A stretch of DNA of 64,000 bases from an uncultured Candidatus Micrarchaeota archaeon (GTDB lineage Archaea > Micrarchaeota > Micrarchaeia > Anstonellales > Bilamarchaeaceae), in NCBI GenBank assembly GCA_903835385.1, contig CAILMQ010000032.1, positions 5,976-69,975 of the forward strand, given 5' to 3'. This document shows, in pieces, positions 19,296 through 29,009 of the stretch (position 1 is the first letter of the stretch; the number at the start of each line of letters is the position of its first letter). The notes under the pieces are model-generated. The model ran no database searches. It was not told the DNA's origin and saw nothing but the letters and a program-made list of their open reading frames with translations. The position numbers and the translations under genes are program-made.

Positions 19296-20051
19296 ATGAC
19301 TACTTTAGAAACACTAAAACAGCATAGGGACAAACCGAGCCCGGGTTACACCAGCCCGGAGAGGTTCAAATTCAGCTATCGCTACCCGCTTCTTTCAAGA
19401 ATAGAGAAAAAATTGAACAGGGTTGCCATAGGCGTGGCGCTTTTTTCGGCAATAGCAATAGGAGGCGCGAACCTGGGCACCTATTTTGATTACATTCGGA
19501 ACAATTTTGACTACGGGAAGTTCGGGAACAGGACAGCCATAAGCCTGAGGAACGCCCCGCAGAACGATGCGCTTTTGGAGGAGACGCTCAGGACCGCGAA
19601 ACTGGCGGTGGTCGGCCATGCCGCGCCACAGGAAGCGTCTCTTGAGCTGGAACTGGACAGGATGGGCGGTACCCTTTCAGCGCATTACCAGATGGTCTGG
19701 AACACGAACAAGGGAATGAAAAAAAGGGACGTCGAGGACATCACCATCACGTGGAAGCTTGATGCGCAGGGAAGGTTCGTGCCGCAGAAGGCGGTTACCC
19801 GCTATCATTACAAGACGGTCTGCTTCGACCTGCCGCAGTACAGGAAACCCGTGATAGTAATACAGAATCCCGCGCACACGCCGGGCATACCTGGCACGGT
19901 GCCCCACTACGCGAACAACGATTATGGCGTGGCGGACGTCTTCACGGATTTCAGCGCGGGAAAGTGGGCGGGCTCGTGCCTTTCAACCGGACTGCCACAG
20001 GAATTCAGGGCGCTCGGCGTTGACTTCCGGACGGAAATAAAAATAAAGTAG
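19296..20051 (+). CDS. membrane-anchored hypothetical protein
   Basis: 251-aa ORF with one TM helix (VAIGVALFSAIAIGGANLG). No known motif. Confidence 0.5.
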   Translation: MTTLETLKQHRDKPSPGYTSPERFKFSYRYPLLSRIEKKLNRVAIGVALFSAIAIGGANLGTYFDYIRNNFDYGKFGNRTAISLRNAPQNDALLEETLRTAKLAVVGHAAPQEASLELELDRMGGTLSAHYQMVWNTNKGMKKRDVEDITITWKLDAQGRFVPQKAVTRYHYKTVCFDLPQYRKPVIVIQNPAHTPGIPGTVPHYANNDYGVADVFTDFSAGKWAGSCLSTGLPQEFRALGVDFRTEIKIK

Positions 20052-20129
20052 CTGCCGGCCGGGCAGGCATCCGGATTGGCAGGTTCCCGCCCCAGTATTT
20101 TTTTAACCTTGCGTGTCCAATGTCCCCCC

Positions 20130-20543
20130 ATGCATTCAATGGTCCCACACGAAACCATCGAGCGCGAGGGCTGGGACTACGTCGCCAGGACGCTCATCGC
20201 GTTTCCCATAGACATCCCCATGGGCATGGAGCCGGAAAACGCGAAGCTCGTGCGCCTGCGCAAGGAGCTCCAGGTGATGAAGCACGCCCTCTACGGGCAG
20301 CTCATGGCGTTCAACGGAAGCGGCGCCATAGACGCGTCCTTCCTCATAGGCACCATGAAGGCGGTCGCGCGCATCGAAGCAGGGCTTGAGGCGCAGGGCA
20401 TTAAAAACCTGGGTTTCGTATTGCTGCTGAAGCTGCTGCTCCGGCGCATGAGGAAACAGAGGCTATTGGTGAAAAAGCCCATGGAGACGAGGGGCGAATT
20501 CGGAAGGATGAAACGGGTTGTTGAGCATGCAAATTCTTTATGA
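20130..20543 (+). CDS. hypothetical protein
   Basis: Track ORF 20076..20543. An internal ATG at 20130 was chosen as the start. No motif. Confidence 0.4.
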   Translation: MHSMVPHETIEREGWDYVARTLIAFPIDIPMGMEPENAKLVRLRKELQVMKHALYGQLMAFNGSGAIDASFLIGTMKAVARIEAGLEAQGIKNLGFVLLLKLLLRRMRKQRLLVKKPMETRGEFGRMKRVVEHANSL

Positions 20544-21252
20544 GAAGCCCCTGAAGGTGGAACTGACAGAAAATCAGGTTTTCGTGGATGGCAGGCCGCA
20601 CAAGAGGGACGCCCGGAAGCTTTCGGAGCTCAAGGACGTGCTCAGGGGAAGGGTTCTGCCGGATTTCGAGGGCGACCCTGACATATATTACATGTTCAGG
20701 CAGGTCTACAAAAAGAACGGCATGCGCTTCGATATCACCGTGATACCCGCAAGGGCGATACTGGACGAGTGCGCCAAGACTTATGGCCACAGCCATCCTG
20801 CGGCGGAAGAGGGGCTCGGCTATCCGGAGGTCTACCAGGTCCTCAGCGGCACCGCAATCTTCCTTCTCCAGCGCACCAACCACGACCGCTCTGTGGACGT
20901 GAGCCTCATAAGGGCGGACGCCGGGCAGGTGCTGCTCATACCCCCGAACCACGCCCATGTCACCATAAACCCCGCGGAAACCACGCTCGTTCTCGCGAAC
21001 CTGGTGGCAGACGGCTTTGATTCCGATTACTCCGAGTTCAAGGAGAACAGGGGCGCGGCGTTCTACTACCTGTCGGACGGCAACATCGAGCAGAACGCGG
21101 CTTATGTGGTGAAAAACATGGTCCGGCCGACTGTTGCGCAGTTCAACAAAAAATTCGCTTTCGCATGCAAGGACATACTTTCAGAGTTCGACTCCCAACC
21201 CGAGAAGTTCGAGTTTTTGAAAAAACCGAGCCTGCTGCGTTTGAGCAAATAA
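20527..21252 (+). CDS. pgiA: cupin-type glucose-6-phosphate isomerase
   Basis: TYGHSHP...EVYQVLSGTAIFLLQ...LLIPPNHAHVTIN matches the metal-binding cupin PGI pattern of Thermococcales-type enzymes. Confidence 0.7.
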   Translation: MQILYEKPLKVELTENQVFVDGRPHKRDARKLSELKDVLRGRVLPDFEGDPDIYYMFRQVYKKNGMRFDITVIPARAILDECAKTYGHSHPAAEEGLGYPEVYQVLSGTAIFLLQRTNHDRSVDVSLIRADAGQVLLIPPNHAHVTINPAETTLVLANLVADGFDSDYSEFKENRGAAFYYLSDGNIEQNAAYVVKNMVRPTVAQFNKKFAFACKDILSEFDSQPEKFEFLKKPSLLRLSK

Positions 21253-21474
21253 GTCTCCCGTTATCAGAGAACCGTTGTTTTCTTTCTGCGTACCAGGGAG
21301 ACGTCCACAATGTCCGACGATTCGGACATTGGGACCCGCCCTATTGTCCGACGCATCGGACAATGGGGCACCATGTTGCCCGGCAACATGATTGTGCCCG
21401 CGTTTGTGCGGGCACGTGGTCGTCTTCAGTAATTCGCATGCTCCGTCAGCCGTGGGCGGCTTCTCTTGTCAGAC

Positions 21475-24219
21475 TCAGAGATGTATCGCCGCGACTTTTG
21501 CCACTTTTCCCTGTGCTATGCGGTCCGACCCGCCTCCTGTGCCGCCCAGCTGCTTTAACGCTTCCGCGAGCAGTTCCTTTGCCTTGAATTTGGAGTTCTT
21601 CCCAGCCGCGCAGATTATGTTCCCTTCCTTGTTCATGACGCATGCCGCTGAGCAGTCGCTCTCGGCTATGAGCTGGCCCAGCTGCCTGAGCATGGCGGCA
21701 TCCAGCTCTAGCGTCCTCACCTGGGGCTTGTCCGCACCGTGGCTCATTATTTCCTTCGCCTCAAACCCCACCATCTGGCTGCCGAGTTTTTCCAGCGCCT
21801 TGCGCTGCTCCTTCCATTCCCTGAAGAAACGCTCCACGGTCTGCACCAGCTCGGAATCGCTCACGCCCAGGACGTCGGAGGCCGAGCGCAGCAGCTCCTC
21901 CTTTTCCTGCATGTGGCTGATGGCAGCGGCGCCCGCCTTGTACACTATGCGCTCCACCCCGTCCTGCACGGATTCGCGCTTCACTATCTTGAACGCGCCT
22001 ATCTGGCCCGTGGAGGAGAGCATCTGGTGCGTGCCTCCGCATGCCTCGTGGTCTATGTCCCCGACGGACACCACGCGCAGCTCCTTGCCCGGCACAGCAC
22101 CGCCCTGGTAGAGCCTGAACCCGAATTTTTTCTCAGCCTCGTTCCTGGGCAGGACATTTGTCACTATCGGCATGTCCCGCATTATGTACTCGTTCACCTT
22201 CAGCTCTATCTTCCTCAGCTCGGCCGGGGTTATCCTCCGATAATGCGTGACGTCCAGGTGGCCCTTCTCGTCGTCCTTGTGCGAGCCCGCCTGCCAGATG
22301 TGCGCTCCGAGCACCTCGCGGCATGCGGCGTTCACCAGGTGCGCGGAGGTGTGGTGCCTGGCTATGGCGGTCCGCTTCGCGATGTCCACGATGCCGCTTA
22401 CCTCCTGGCCTTTTTTCAGCACGGCCGCGTTCTCCACCTCGTGCAGCACGACGCCGGCATTCTTTTGCACATTCAGGACCCGGTACACCGTACCCGCGGC
22501 CTCCAACGCCCCGGTGTCAGCCACCTGGCCCCCGCCTTCCGGATAGAATCCGGTCTGGTCGAGCACCACGTATTTTCCATTGAGCACTCCGAGTATTTTC
22601 GCCCTGAACATCCGCTCCTTCGTATAATAAAGGTCTTTCGTCCTGGGGAAATCCACGACATCCGCGGCGAGAAGCTTCACTCCCTGCTCCCCGCGCTTCC
22701 CTTCGGCGTCCCCCTCGCCTTCGCGCACGCTTGAATAGAAGTTGCCCGGCAGTTGCACTTCAACGCCGTTCTCTTTCGCGATGCCAACCACGTATTCCGG
22801 CGCGATTCCGTTGGAGCGGTAGAGCGTGGAAAGCTCGGCGCCGGTTATGCTGCCGCTGCTCTCGCGTTCCTTGTTCGGAACGCCCTGCTTCGCGGCCTTG
22901 GCCCTCTTCACGATGCTTATCACCATGAGCCGCGCCTTTTCCTTGGTCGCGTCGTAGCGCTTCCTCTCCTCGGCCATGACGTCTATCACCGTTGGCACGC
23001 CGTCTTTCAGGTGCGGGAACATATAGGCCACGTGCCTTGCATGGGCCTCCACGATTTTCGCGTAATCCAGCGTGTAGCCGAACTGCTCGCCGAACCCGAA
23101 CACGCGGCGCAGCAGCATGCGTATGTTGTAGCCGCCCCCCGAGTTGGACGGGAGCATGCCGTCGGTTATGGAAAACAGCGATGTCTTGAGGTGGTCGGCG
23201 GACGCGTAGAGCGCCTGGAGCGGCAGGACGGTGTCGAAGAGCTCCTTCTTCCCTATGCCGAGCAGCGCGGCCACGCGCTCCTTCTCCTTCTCCATGTCCG
23301 CGACCTCGTCCTCGTTGAGCGAGCCGGCGAGCTTGGCGTATTTTTCAAAAAGCGCTTCAGGGACCGAGACCCCGGCCTCCTTCTTCATCTCCGCGATGAC
23401 CGGGCCGAAGACCGTCTCATAGCTCGTGAGGTCGCCGCTGGTTATCCAGGAGAGCCGCTCGAGCCCGGCGCCCATGTCGATTACTTTGGTTTTCAGTTCC
23501 CGGTTCCCAGTGGGGGTGGACTCGTACTGCATGAAGACGCAGTTCCCCAGCTCGAGGCCGCGCACGAAATATTCTATGCAAGGCCCGTAATTGCCTCCGC
23601 CCGCCCAGACGTCCTCCTGGAATATCAGCTCCTTTTCCGGGATGCCGAGCGCGGTGAGGTAATTGATGTCATGCTCCAATGCCTCGTCCTTCCAGTAGAA
23701 GAGCCCGGTCTTCTTGGTGTTGAACGCGTGCTGGCCGACCATGACGAAGTTGGTGTAGTGCCTCCCCGAAACGCCCACGTTGCTGATGTCCGGGAAGCGG
23801 ATGCATGCCTGCGGCACTATGAGCGGATTATGGGGCGGGTCCAGCTCGCCGTTCACCACATAGGGCTGGAAATCGTTGATGGACGCGATGGTGAAGTAGA
23901 GGTCATCCCTCCACCTGGCGACCGTGGGGTATGGCTTCACGTACCCATGGCCGTGGCTTGTGAAATATTTTTCTATCGCCTTCCAGGTGTCTATGTAGCC
24001 GAGCTTCTTTTTCACGGGCGTGGAACCGATGAACTGGTAGCCGATGCAGGAGGAATCGCCGCAGCGCTCGCGCTCCTCCAGGCTCCAGAAGTTCCTTCCG
24101 CAGGCCTTGCACTTCCTCCTGGCAAAACCCCGTTCCGTGAGGCTTTTGAGCTTGTAATGCGTTTCCCAGTCTTTGGAGAACTGCCTGCGCAGTTCGTTCT
24201 TGTCCACGTCCATAAACAT
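21475..24219 (-). CDS. alaS: alanyl-tRNA synthetase
   Basis: 914 aa with an archaeal AlaRS N-terminus (GFARRKCKACGRNFWS), a class II core and an HxxxH editing region (HHTSAHL). Confidence 0.95.
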   Translation of the reverse strand: MFMDVDKNELRRQFSKDWETHYKLKSLTERGFARRKCKACGRNFWSLEERERCGDSSCIGYQFIGSTPVKKKLGYIDTWKAIEKYFTSHGHGYVKPYPTVARWRDDLYFTIASINDFQPYVVNGELDPPHNPLIVPQACIRFPDISNVGVSGRHYTNFVMVGQHAFNTKKTGLFYWKDEALEHDINYLTALGIPEKELIFQEDVWAGGGNYGPCIEYFVRGLELGNCVFMQYESTPTGNRELKTKVIDMGAGLERLSWITSGDLTSYETVFGPVIAEMKKEAGVSVPEALFEKYAKLAGSLNEDEVADMEKEKERVAALLGIGKKELFDTVLPLQALYASADHLKTSLFSITDGMLPSNSGGGYNIRMLLRRVFGFGEQFGYTLDYAKIVEAHARHVAYMFPHLKDGVPTVIDVMAEERKRYDATKEKARLMVISIVKRAKAAKQGVPNKERESSGSITGAELSTLYRSNGIAPEYVVGIAKENGVEVQLPGNFYSSVREGEGDAEGKRGEQGVKLLAADVVDFPRTKDLYYTKERMFRAKILGVLNGKYVVLDQTGFYPEGGGQVADTGALEAAGTVYRVLNVQKNAGVVLHEVENAAVLKKGQEVSGIVDIAKRTAIARHHTSAHLVNAACREVLGAHIWQAGSHKDDEKGHLDVTHYRRITPAELRKIELKVNEYIMRDMPIVTNVLPRNEAEKKFGFRLYQGGAVPGKELRVVSVGDIDHEACGGTHQMLSSTGQIGAFKIVKRESVQDGVERIVYKAGAAAISHMQEKEELLRSASDVLGVSDSELVQTVERFFREWKEQRKALEKLGSQMVGFEAKEIMSHGADKPQVRTLELDAAMLRQLGQLIAESDCSAACVMNKEGNIICAAGKNSKFKAKELLAEALKQLGGTGGGSDRIAQGKVAKVAAIHL

Positions 24220-24258
24220 GCCCCGAAATGAATGGTAGAATAACGGGATGGATCACAT

Positions 24259-24861
24259 TCAGGATGCTTCCCCGAAAGGTTCCTCTTCGGGCCCTGCCGG
24301 CTGCGCTTCTGTTTCTTCCTCTGCCGGAACTTCCCCCTCTCCGCCCGCTTCTGGTGATTCCTGCCCGCCGCCCTCCTGTTCGCCGGCATCTTCCGCGGCT
24401 TTTTGCCCCTGCACGGATTGGTCAACTATGGCGCTCGTGGCCCCGAAGAACCTGGCTGCGGCCCCTAGCGCCTTCTCCGCGTCCTTCTGGAGCCTCTTGG
24501 CGCCGCCGAACATGCCTGCGAGCCGCCCGATGACACCGATCCTTGAGAGCTGCTCGACCTCCTGCCACTCCTCCACCTTGACCACATCCCCGTATTTCTC
24601 GCGGAGGTAGCGGCAGCTGGTCTCGAGGTCCGGCGCCACCTTGCCATCCAGGAAAAGGACGGCGGATGACGCGATTCTCATGCTGTCCCTTGCGAGCGTG
24701 ATGGTTTCCCCATAGTCGGACTCCGAGTTCTTCCGTTCGGCTGACTCCAGCAGCCCTGCGGCCGCAGAAAGCGCGTACGCTGCGCGTTCCGTGTCCGGCA
24801 TCCGCGTGCTACCGGATTCCTCCGCATTGTCCTGAGTGGAATCCCCCGGCTCGCCCTCCAT
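24259..24861 (-). CDS. hypothetical acidic protein
   Basis: The track ORF extends to 24900, but 24871..24903 belongs to a repeated promoter-like element, so the start is probably MEGEPGD at 24861. Confidence 0.45.
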   Translation of the reverse strand: MEGEPGDSTQDNAEESGSTRMPDTERAAYALSAAAGLLESAERKNSESDYGETITLARDSMRIASSAVLFLDGKVAPDLETSCRYLREKYGDVVKVEEWQEVEQLSRIGVIGRLAGMFGGAKRLQKDAEKALGAAARFFGATSAIVDQSVQGQKAAEDAGEQEGGGQESPEAGGEGEVPAEEETEAQPAGPEEEPFGEAS

Positions 24862-24870
24862 GGCATAATC

Positions 24871-25019
24871 TAGCCTGATGCAAATTAAAATAGTTGGCAT
24901 TTCACCGATGGCTTCGCGAGCAGCAGTTTATAGCGGACGAAGCGATGATAAGAACGCAGGAAGAATGGAAATGACTGACAGAAAAAAGTTCAACCCGTGA
25001 TTTGCAACAGCCTCTCGGA
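24871..25019 (+). repeat. promoter-proximal repeat, copy 2
   Basis: Same element. In both copies the TATTTTAATTT-containing end faces the adjacent gene start (7326 on the plus strand, 24861 on the minus strand). Confidence 0.65.
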
Positions 25020-25068
25020 GTAGTTTTTTATTACTTTCCCAAGAGAATAGGCTACTTTAAGTGATGCT

Positions 25069-26643
25069 ATGGAACTTCATGAAAGGATTTTCGAATTAGC
25101 GCTCACCAGGTCGTTTTTCATGCCGTCCAACGAGCCCTATGGGGCGGTGAGCGGGTTCTACGAATACGGCCCGGTCGGCAAGCTGATGAAAAGCAGGATA
25201 GAGAATCTCTGGAGGCAGATGTTCATAAAGGAGGAGGGCTTCCACGAGGTGGAGACCTCCATAATCACGCCGGAGATAGTCCTCCAGGCATCGGGCCATG
25301 CCGCTAATTTCGCGGACCCGGTCGTGGAATGCAGGGTGTGCAAGACGCGCATGCGGGGCGACACGCTGATGGAGGAGAAACTGAAAGCGAAGGGCGGCGA
25401 GAATCAGGGCGCCAGGTGGGACGGGAAGCTGGACACCATAGACCGCGTGATAAAAGAGAACGGCATCACGTGCCCCAAATGCAAGGGCGAGCTCGCCCCG
25501 GCCGCGATGTTCAACCTCATGTTCAGGACCGGCATAGGCGGCGAGCAGGCGGTGGCCTATGCGCGGCCGGAGACCGCCCAGGGAATATTCACCGCGTTCC
25601 CGCGGCTGTTTCGGAACCACGGCGCGAAGCTCCCCCTCGGCGTGGGGCAGGTGGGCAGGAGCTTCCGCAACGAGATATCACCGCGCAAGGGGCTCGTGCG
25701 CATGCGCGAGTTCACCCAGATGGAGCTGGAGTTCTTCTTCGACCCGGCCGAGCAGGAATACCCTGCCATGGCTTCGGTCGCGGATGAAAAGATGAGGTTC
25801 CAGAGGAACGGGGCGAGCGAAATGAAAAAAACGTCCGAGCTCGTCGCTGCGGGAATCGCCACGAACGGGATAATGGCGTATTTCCTGGCAAGGCAATGGC
25901 AGTTCTACAGGGCGATGGGCATCCGCGAAACAGAGATGTGGCTCAGGGTGCTGCCCAAGGAGGAGGTCCCCCACTACTCCAAGGGCAACGTGGACATGGA
26001 GGTGCAGACCTCCTACGGAAACATAGAGACCATAGGAAACGCCTACAGGACGGATTTCGACCTGGGGGCGCATGCCAAATTCAGCAAGAAGGACTTCTCG
26101 GTCTTCGTTGAGGCGAGGAAGGAGAAGATAATCCCACACGTGTTCGAGGTCTCCATGGGCGTGGACAGGCTTTTCTTCTGCCTTCTGGAGCACTGCTTCA
26201 GGGAAAAGGACGTGAAGGACGAAGCCGGAAACCATGCACCTGCGGGTGCAAGTCCTCCAGCTCAGGAGGGAGCTGTAGGCTGGAAACTGGGGACCGGAAA
26301 GGACTGGGAGTGGTTCGACTTCCCGCCCGTTGTCGCGCCCTACCAGGCCGCCGTGTTCCCTCTCATGAAAAAGGACGGGCTTGCCGAGAAGGCGCAGGCG
26401 CTCGCGGGCCTGCTGAGGAAGGATTTCGACATTTTCCACCAGGAGGGCGGCTCCATAGGGAAGCGCTACGCGCGCGCGGACGAGATAGGATGCCCCTACG
26501 CGCTCACCGTGGACTATGACACGCTTCATGACGACACGGTCACCATAAGGTACAGGAACGACGGAAAGCAGGAAAGGATTAAAATAGCGGACTGCGCAGC
26601 GGTCATAAAAAAGAACATCTCCGAAGCGAGGGTGACTCTATGA
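25069..26643 (+). CDS. glyS: glycyl-tRNA synthetase (alpha2 archaeal/eukaryal type)
   Basis: YGAVSGFYEYGPVG, RPETAQGIF and FRNEISPR class II motifs, with a C-terminal anticodon-binding domain. Confidence 0.9.
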   Translation: MELHERIFELALTRSFFMPSNEPYGAVSGFYEYGPVGKLMKSRIENLWRQMFIKEEGFHEVETSIITPEIVLQASGHAANFADPVVECRVCKTRMRGDTLMEEKLKAKGGENQGARWDGKLDTIDRVIKENGITCPKCKGELAPAAMFNLMFRTGIGGEQAVAYARPETAQGIFTAFPRLFRNHGAKLPLGVGQVGRSFRNEISPRKGLVRMREFTQMELEFFFDPAEQEYPAMASVADEKMRFQRNGASEMKKTSELVAAGIATNGIMAYFLARQWQFYRAMGIRETEMWLRVLPKEEVPHYSKGNVDMEVQTSYGNIETIGNAYRTDFDLGAHAKFSKKDFSVFVEARKEKIIPHVFEVSMGVDRLFFCLLEHCFREKDVKDEAGNHAPAGASPPAQEGAVGWKLGTGKDWEWFDFPPVVAPYQAAVFPLMKKDGLAEKAQALAGLLRKDFDIFHQEGGSIGKRYARADEIGCPYALTVDYDTLHDDTVTIRYRNDGKQERIKIADCAAVIKKNISEARVTL

Positions 26644-27734
26644 CGCTTGTGCGTTCGAGATTGTGCTGGATTTTCGCGTTTCTGGCTTTCGGCCTGCTGC
26701 TTGCAGGCTGCACGAACCCGCCGGTGCCGGGGCAGAATGTCACGCCCGTGATAAATGGCACGAATGGCACCAACGCCACCGCCCCTGCGCAGAACGGAAC
26801 CAATGTCACGATAATCACGGGCCAGCAGCAGAACCAGACCGTCCAGCAGCAGCAGAACTACACGAACCCGGCCCAGCCCGTGGAATCCAAGGAGATAAAC
26901 TACACCTTCCAGCCCAACGACACCCTGGTGATTTATTTCATATACGTGGGCGACCAGGCAGACAAGCTACAGGGCGATGCAATCCTGATAAAGAAGGGCG
27001 ACCTGGACGTGCTCGTGGACGCGGGCGCGGCCCAGGCCGGCGGCAGGGTGGTGGATTTCCTGAGGACCAAGGGCGTGGATGACGTGGATGTGATGCTCTC
27101 CACCAATGCGGACCCGGCTCACTATGGGGGCATGGGCGCAGTTGCCGCCGCCTACAGGGTTGAGGAGTTCTGGTGGACGGGCAAGACGTTCAATGACCAG
27201 GCCTATGCCAGCCTCGGCTCGGACATGTCAGGCATGGTGAAGACCGTGCGCAACGTGAGCCGCGGCTTCAACATGACGCTCGACGGCATCCAATTCTCCG
27301 TGCTCAACCCGGGGCCGAAACCGTTTGGAGACTTTAATAATGACGCCGTGGTGCTCAGGGTGCAGGACAGGAATTTCTCGGCAGTGCTGCTTTCCGGAGT
27401 GCAGTTCGGCGCCCAGAACGAGCTGCTGAACGAGCAGAAGAAAAGCCTGCTCAGATGCGACGTGATGCAGGCACCCTACTACGGCCTTGGAACCGGCACT
27501 TCAGGAATGGCGAATTTCCTCTCGGCCACAAAACCGAAACTGATGGTGATATCCGGCGGGCCCGATGAATCCGCCGCGTCCGGCGGCTCCAGGGACCCGT
27601 TCAGGAGGCTTCTGGACCAGAACGGCATAGCGTACATAGAGAACTATGCGGCTGATGGCGGCACGGTGCGGGTATCCTACGACGGCGTAACCTGCGCATA
27701 CGGCTACCTGGGAGGGGTGTCCCAACCATGCTGA
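26640..27734 (+). CDS. secreted metallo-beta-lactamase-fold protein (ComEC/Rec2-like MBL domain)
   Basis: Lipobox-like LLLAGC, an N-x-S/T-rich linker, then GDAILIKKGDLDVLVDAG...NADPAHYGG. Confidence 0.65.
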   Translation: MTLVRSRLCWIFAFLAFGLLLAGCTNPPVPGQNVTPVINGTNGTNATAPAQNGTNVTIITGQQQNQTVQQQQNYTNPAQPVESKEINYTFQPNDTLVIYFIYVGDQADKLQGDAILIKKGDLDVLVDAGAAQAGGRVVDFLRTKGVDDVDVMLSTNADPAHYGGMGAVAAAYRVEEFWWTGKTFNDQAYASLGSDMSGMVKTVRNVSRGFNMTLDGIQFSVLNPGPKPFGDFNNDAVVLRVQDRNFSAVLLSGVQFGAQNELLNEQKKSLLRCDVMQAPYYGLGTGTSGMANFLSATKPKLMVISGGPDESAASGGSRDPFRRLLDQNGIAYIENYAADGGTVRVSYDGVTCAYGYLGGVSQPC

Positions 27735-28426
27735 GGCCCCTATTGGCACTTGCACTCGTTGCAATGCTTTTCGGCTGCGTGGCACAGCCCTATTCCACGG
27801 GCCAGCAGGGAGCCGGGCCACAGCCGCAGGTTCCGGCAGCGCCTGCAAACGCGTCACAGCAACCTGTCGGGCAGGCACCGCAACAGAATGCCAATGGCTC
27901 GCAACAAAACCAAAACACCACGGCGCCGCTGCCGCATCAGAACGTGACCGCGCCCCCTGCCCCGTTGCAGCCCGGGCCGCAACAGACAAACCTCAGCGCT
28001 GCGGGCCTGCTGGACCAAAAACTCGATGCCCTGCCCCACAAGCGCGGGGGGCCCTGGGTGGAGACGAAATACACGTGGGTGTCCCAGGATTCCGGGAACG
28101 AACCGGGCGCAATCGTGATTTCTAATCCGACCTACTCAGTGCTCTTTGACGGCAATGCCGAGGGGCGGATGGCGGCGTTCGGCTTCAAGACCTACAAGCC
28201 CGCTGCCGGGCCCGCGACCGCGAGCGGCTTCGTGTTGGTGTACGACGGAAGCCTGATGCTGGACAACCGGGCCGCCTCCGGGCTCGCAATGGGCATCTCC
28301 TACACCACGCCCCAAAACGTGGAGATGGCGCTCAATGGCACGGCGATAGTGTCGAAAGACGTCGTTCTTGACGCCTACAACCGCACGCTCGCGGTTTACG
28401 GGTTCGAGGCGGAAGAGGCCGGTTGA
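27728..28426 (+). CDS. secreted hypothetical protein (lipobox LFGC, Q/P/N-rich linker)
   Basis: Signal peptide with Cys, low-complexity linker and a beta-rich C-terminal domain. Confidence 0.55.
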   Translation: MLRPLLALALVAMLFGCVAQPYSTGQQGAGPQPQVPAAPANASQQPVGQAPQQNANGSQQNQNTTAPLPHQNVTAPPAPLQPGPQQTNLSAAGLLDQKLDALPHKRGGPWVETKYTWVSQDSGNEPGAIVISNPTYSVLFDGNAEGRMAAFGFKTYKPAAGPATASGFVLVYDGSLMLDNRAASGLAMGISYTTPQNVEMALNGTAIVSKDVVLDAYNRTLAVYGFEAEEAG

Positions 28427-28492
28427 GTTCACTCGCTGGAAACGGCATAGGCAAATTCTTAATCCTTGAGCCCCCAGTAAAGGCGTGATGCT

Positions 28493-28777
28493 ATGGCCAT
28501 TGACCTGGTAACTGTCGTGAATCTGGTCCTCGCCATGACCATATGCGCAGTAGGCTTTTGGGAATACGGCAAGAGCAGGAACACCGTGGCATTCTACCTG
28601 GGGGCGGCCTTCGCTTTCTTTGGCATGTCCCACGTCATCACCCTCGCAGGCCTCGCAGCGCAGCTGGGGCTTTTGCTCATGGTCGTCCACATCGTCGGCT
28701 ATGTGCTGGTCCTGTTCGCGCTCCTGTACCACATGACCCCCGAAGCCGCTCCAGAGCCGCCGAAGAAGAAAAAATAG
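28493..28777 (+). CDS. small integral membrane protein
   Basis: 94 aa, three predicted TM helices and a lysine tail. Confidence 0.5.
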   Translation: MAIDLVTVVNLVLAMTICAVGFWEYGKSRNTVAFYLGAAFAFFGMSHVITLAGLAAQLGLLLMVVHIVGYVLVLFALLYHMTPEAAPEPPKKKK

Positions 28778-28848
28778 GCGGTGCGGGGGCGAACAGGGGC
28801 GAGTAAATTCTTTTTTAAATTCTTCTTTGGGAAATAGGATGACCTATT

Positions 28849-28942
28849 GGGCCTGTAGCTCAGCTTGGTAGAGGATGAAATATCCACCAAAAGCGACGGA
28901 CTCTTAATCCGTGTGTCGAGAGTTCAAATCTCTCCAGGCCCG
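28849..28942 (+). tRNA. tRNA-Lys(CTT) with a 20-nt BHB intron in the D-arm (between positions 22 and 23)
   Basis: Exons assemble to GGGCCTG TA GCTC AGCTTGGTA GAGC G ACGGA CTCTTAA TCCGT GTGTC GAGAG TTCAAAT CTCTC CAGGCCC G. Intron 28872..28891. BHB: central helix TGGT/ACCA, 5' bulge AGA, 3' bulge AAA, inner helix GGAT/ATCC. Confidence 0.85.
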
Positions 28943-28964
28943 TGAAGACTTGGGAAAGGCATTA

Positions 28965-29009
28965 GGACATGGAGCACATGGTCGGAAGACCATGAATGCT
29001 CCAGGCCCG
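28965..29009 (+). repeat. tRNA-fragment-like hairpin element, copy A
   Basis: GGACATGGAGCACATGGTCGGAAGACCATGAATGCTCCAGGCCCG followed by TTTTT. It repeats the CTCCAGGCCCG 3' end of the adjacent tRNA-Lys. Confidence 0.6.

Noticed and set aside
24862-24900. MPTILICIRLDYA N-terminal extension of the acidic protein, and the matching 14-codon ORF MPTILIYIRLIRFR at 7246..7290.
   Set aside because: The shared ATGCCAACTATTTTAATTT segment is the TATA-like core of a repeated intergenic element. The reading frames diverge immediately after the repeat, which argues against a conserved peptide. A conserved upstream micro-ORF cannot be fully excluded.
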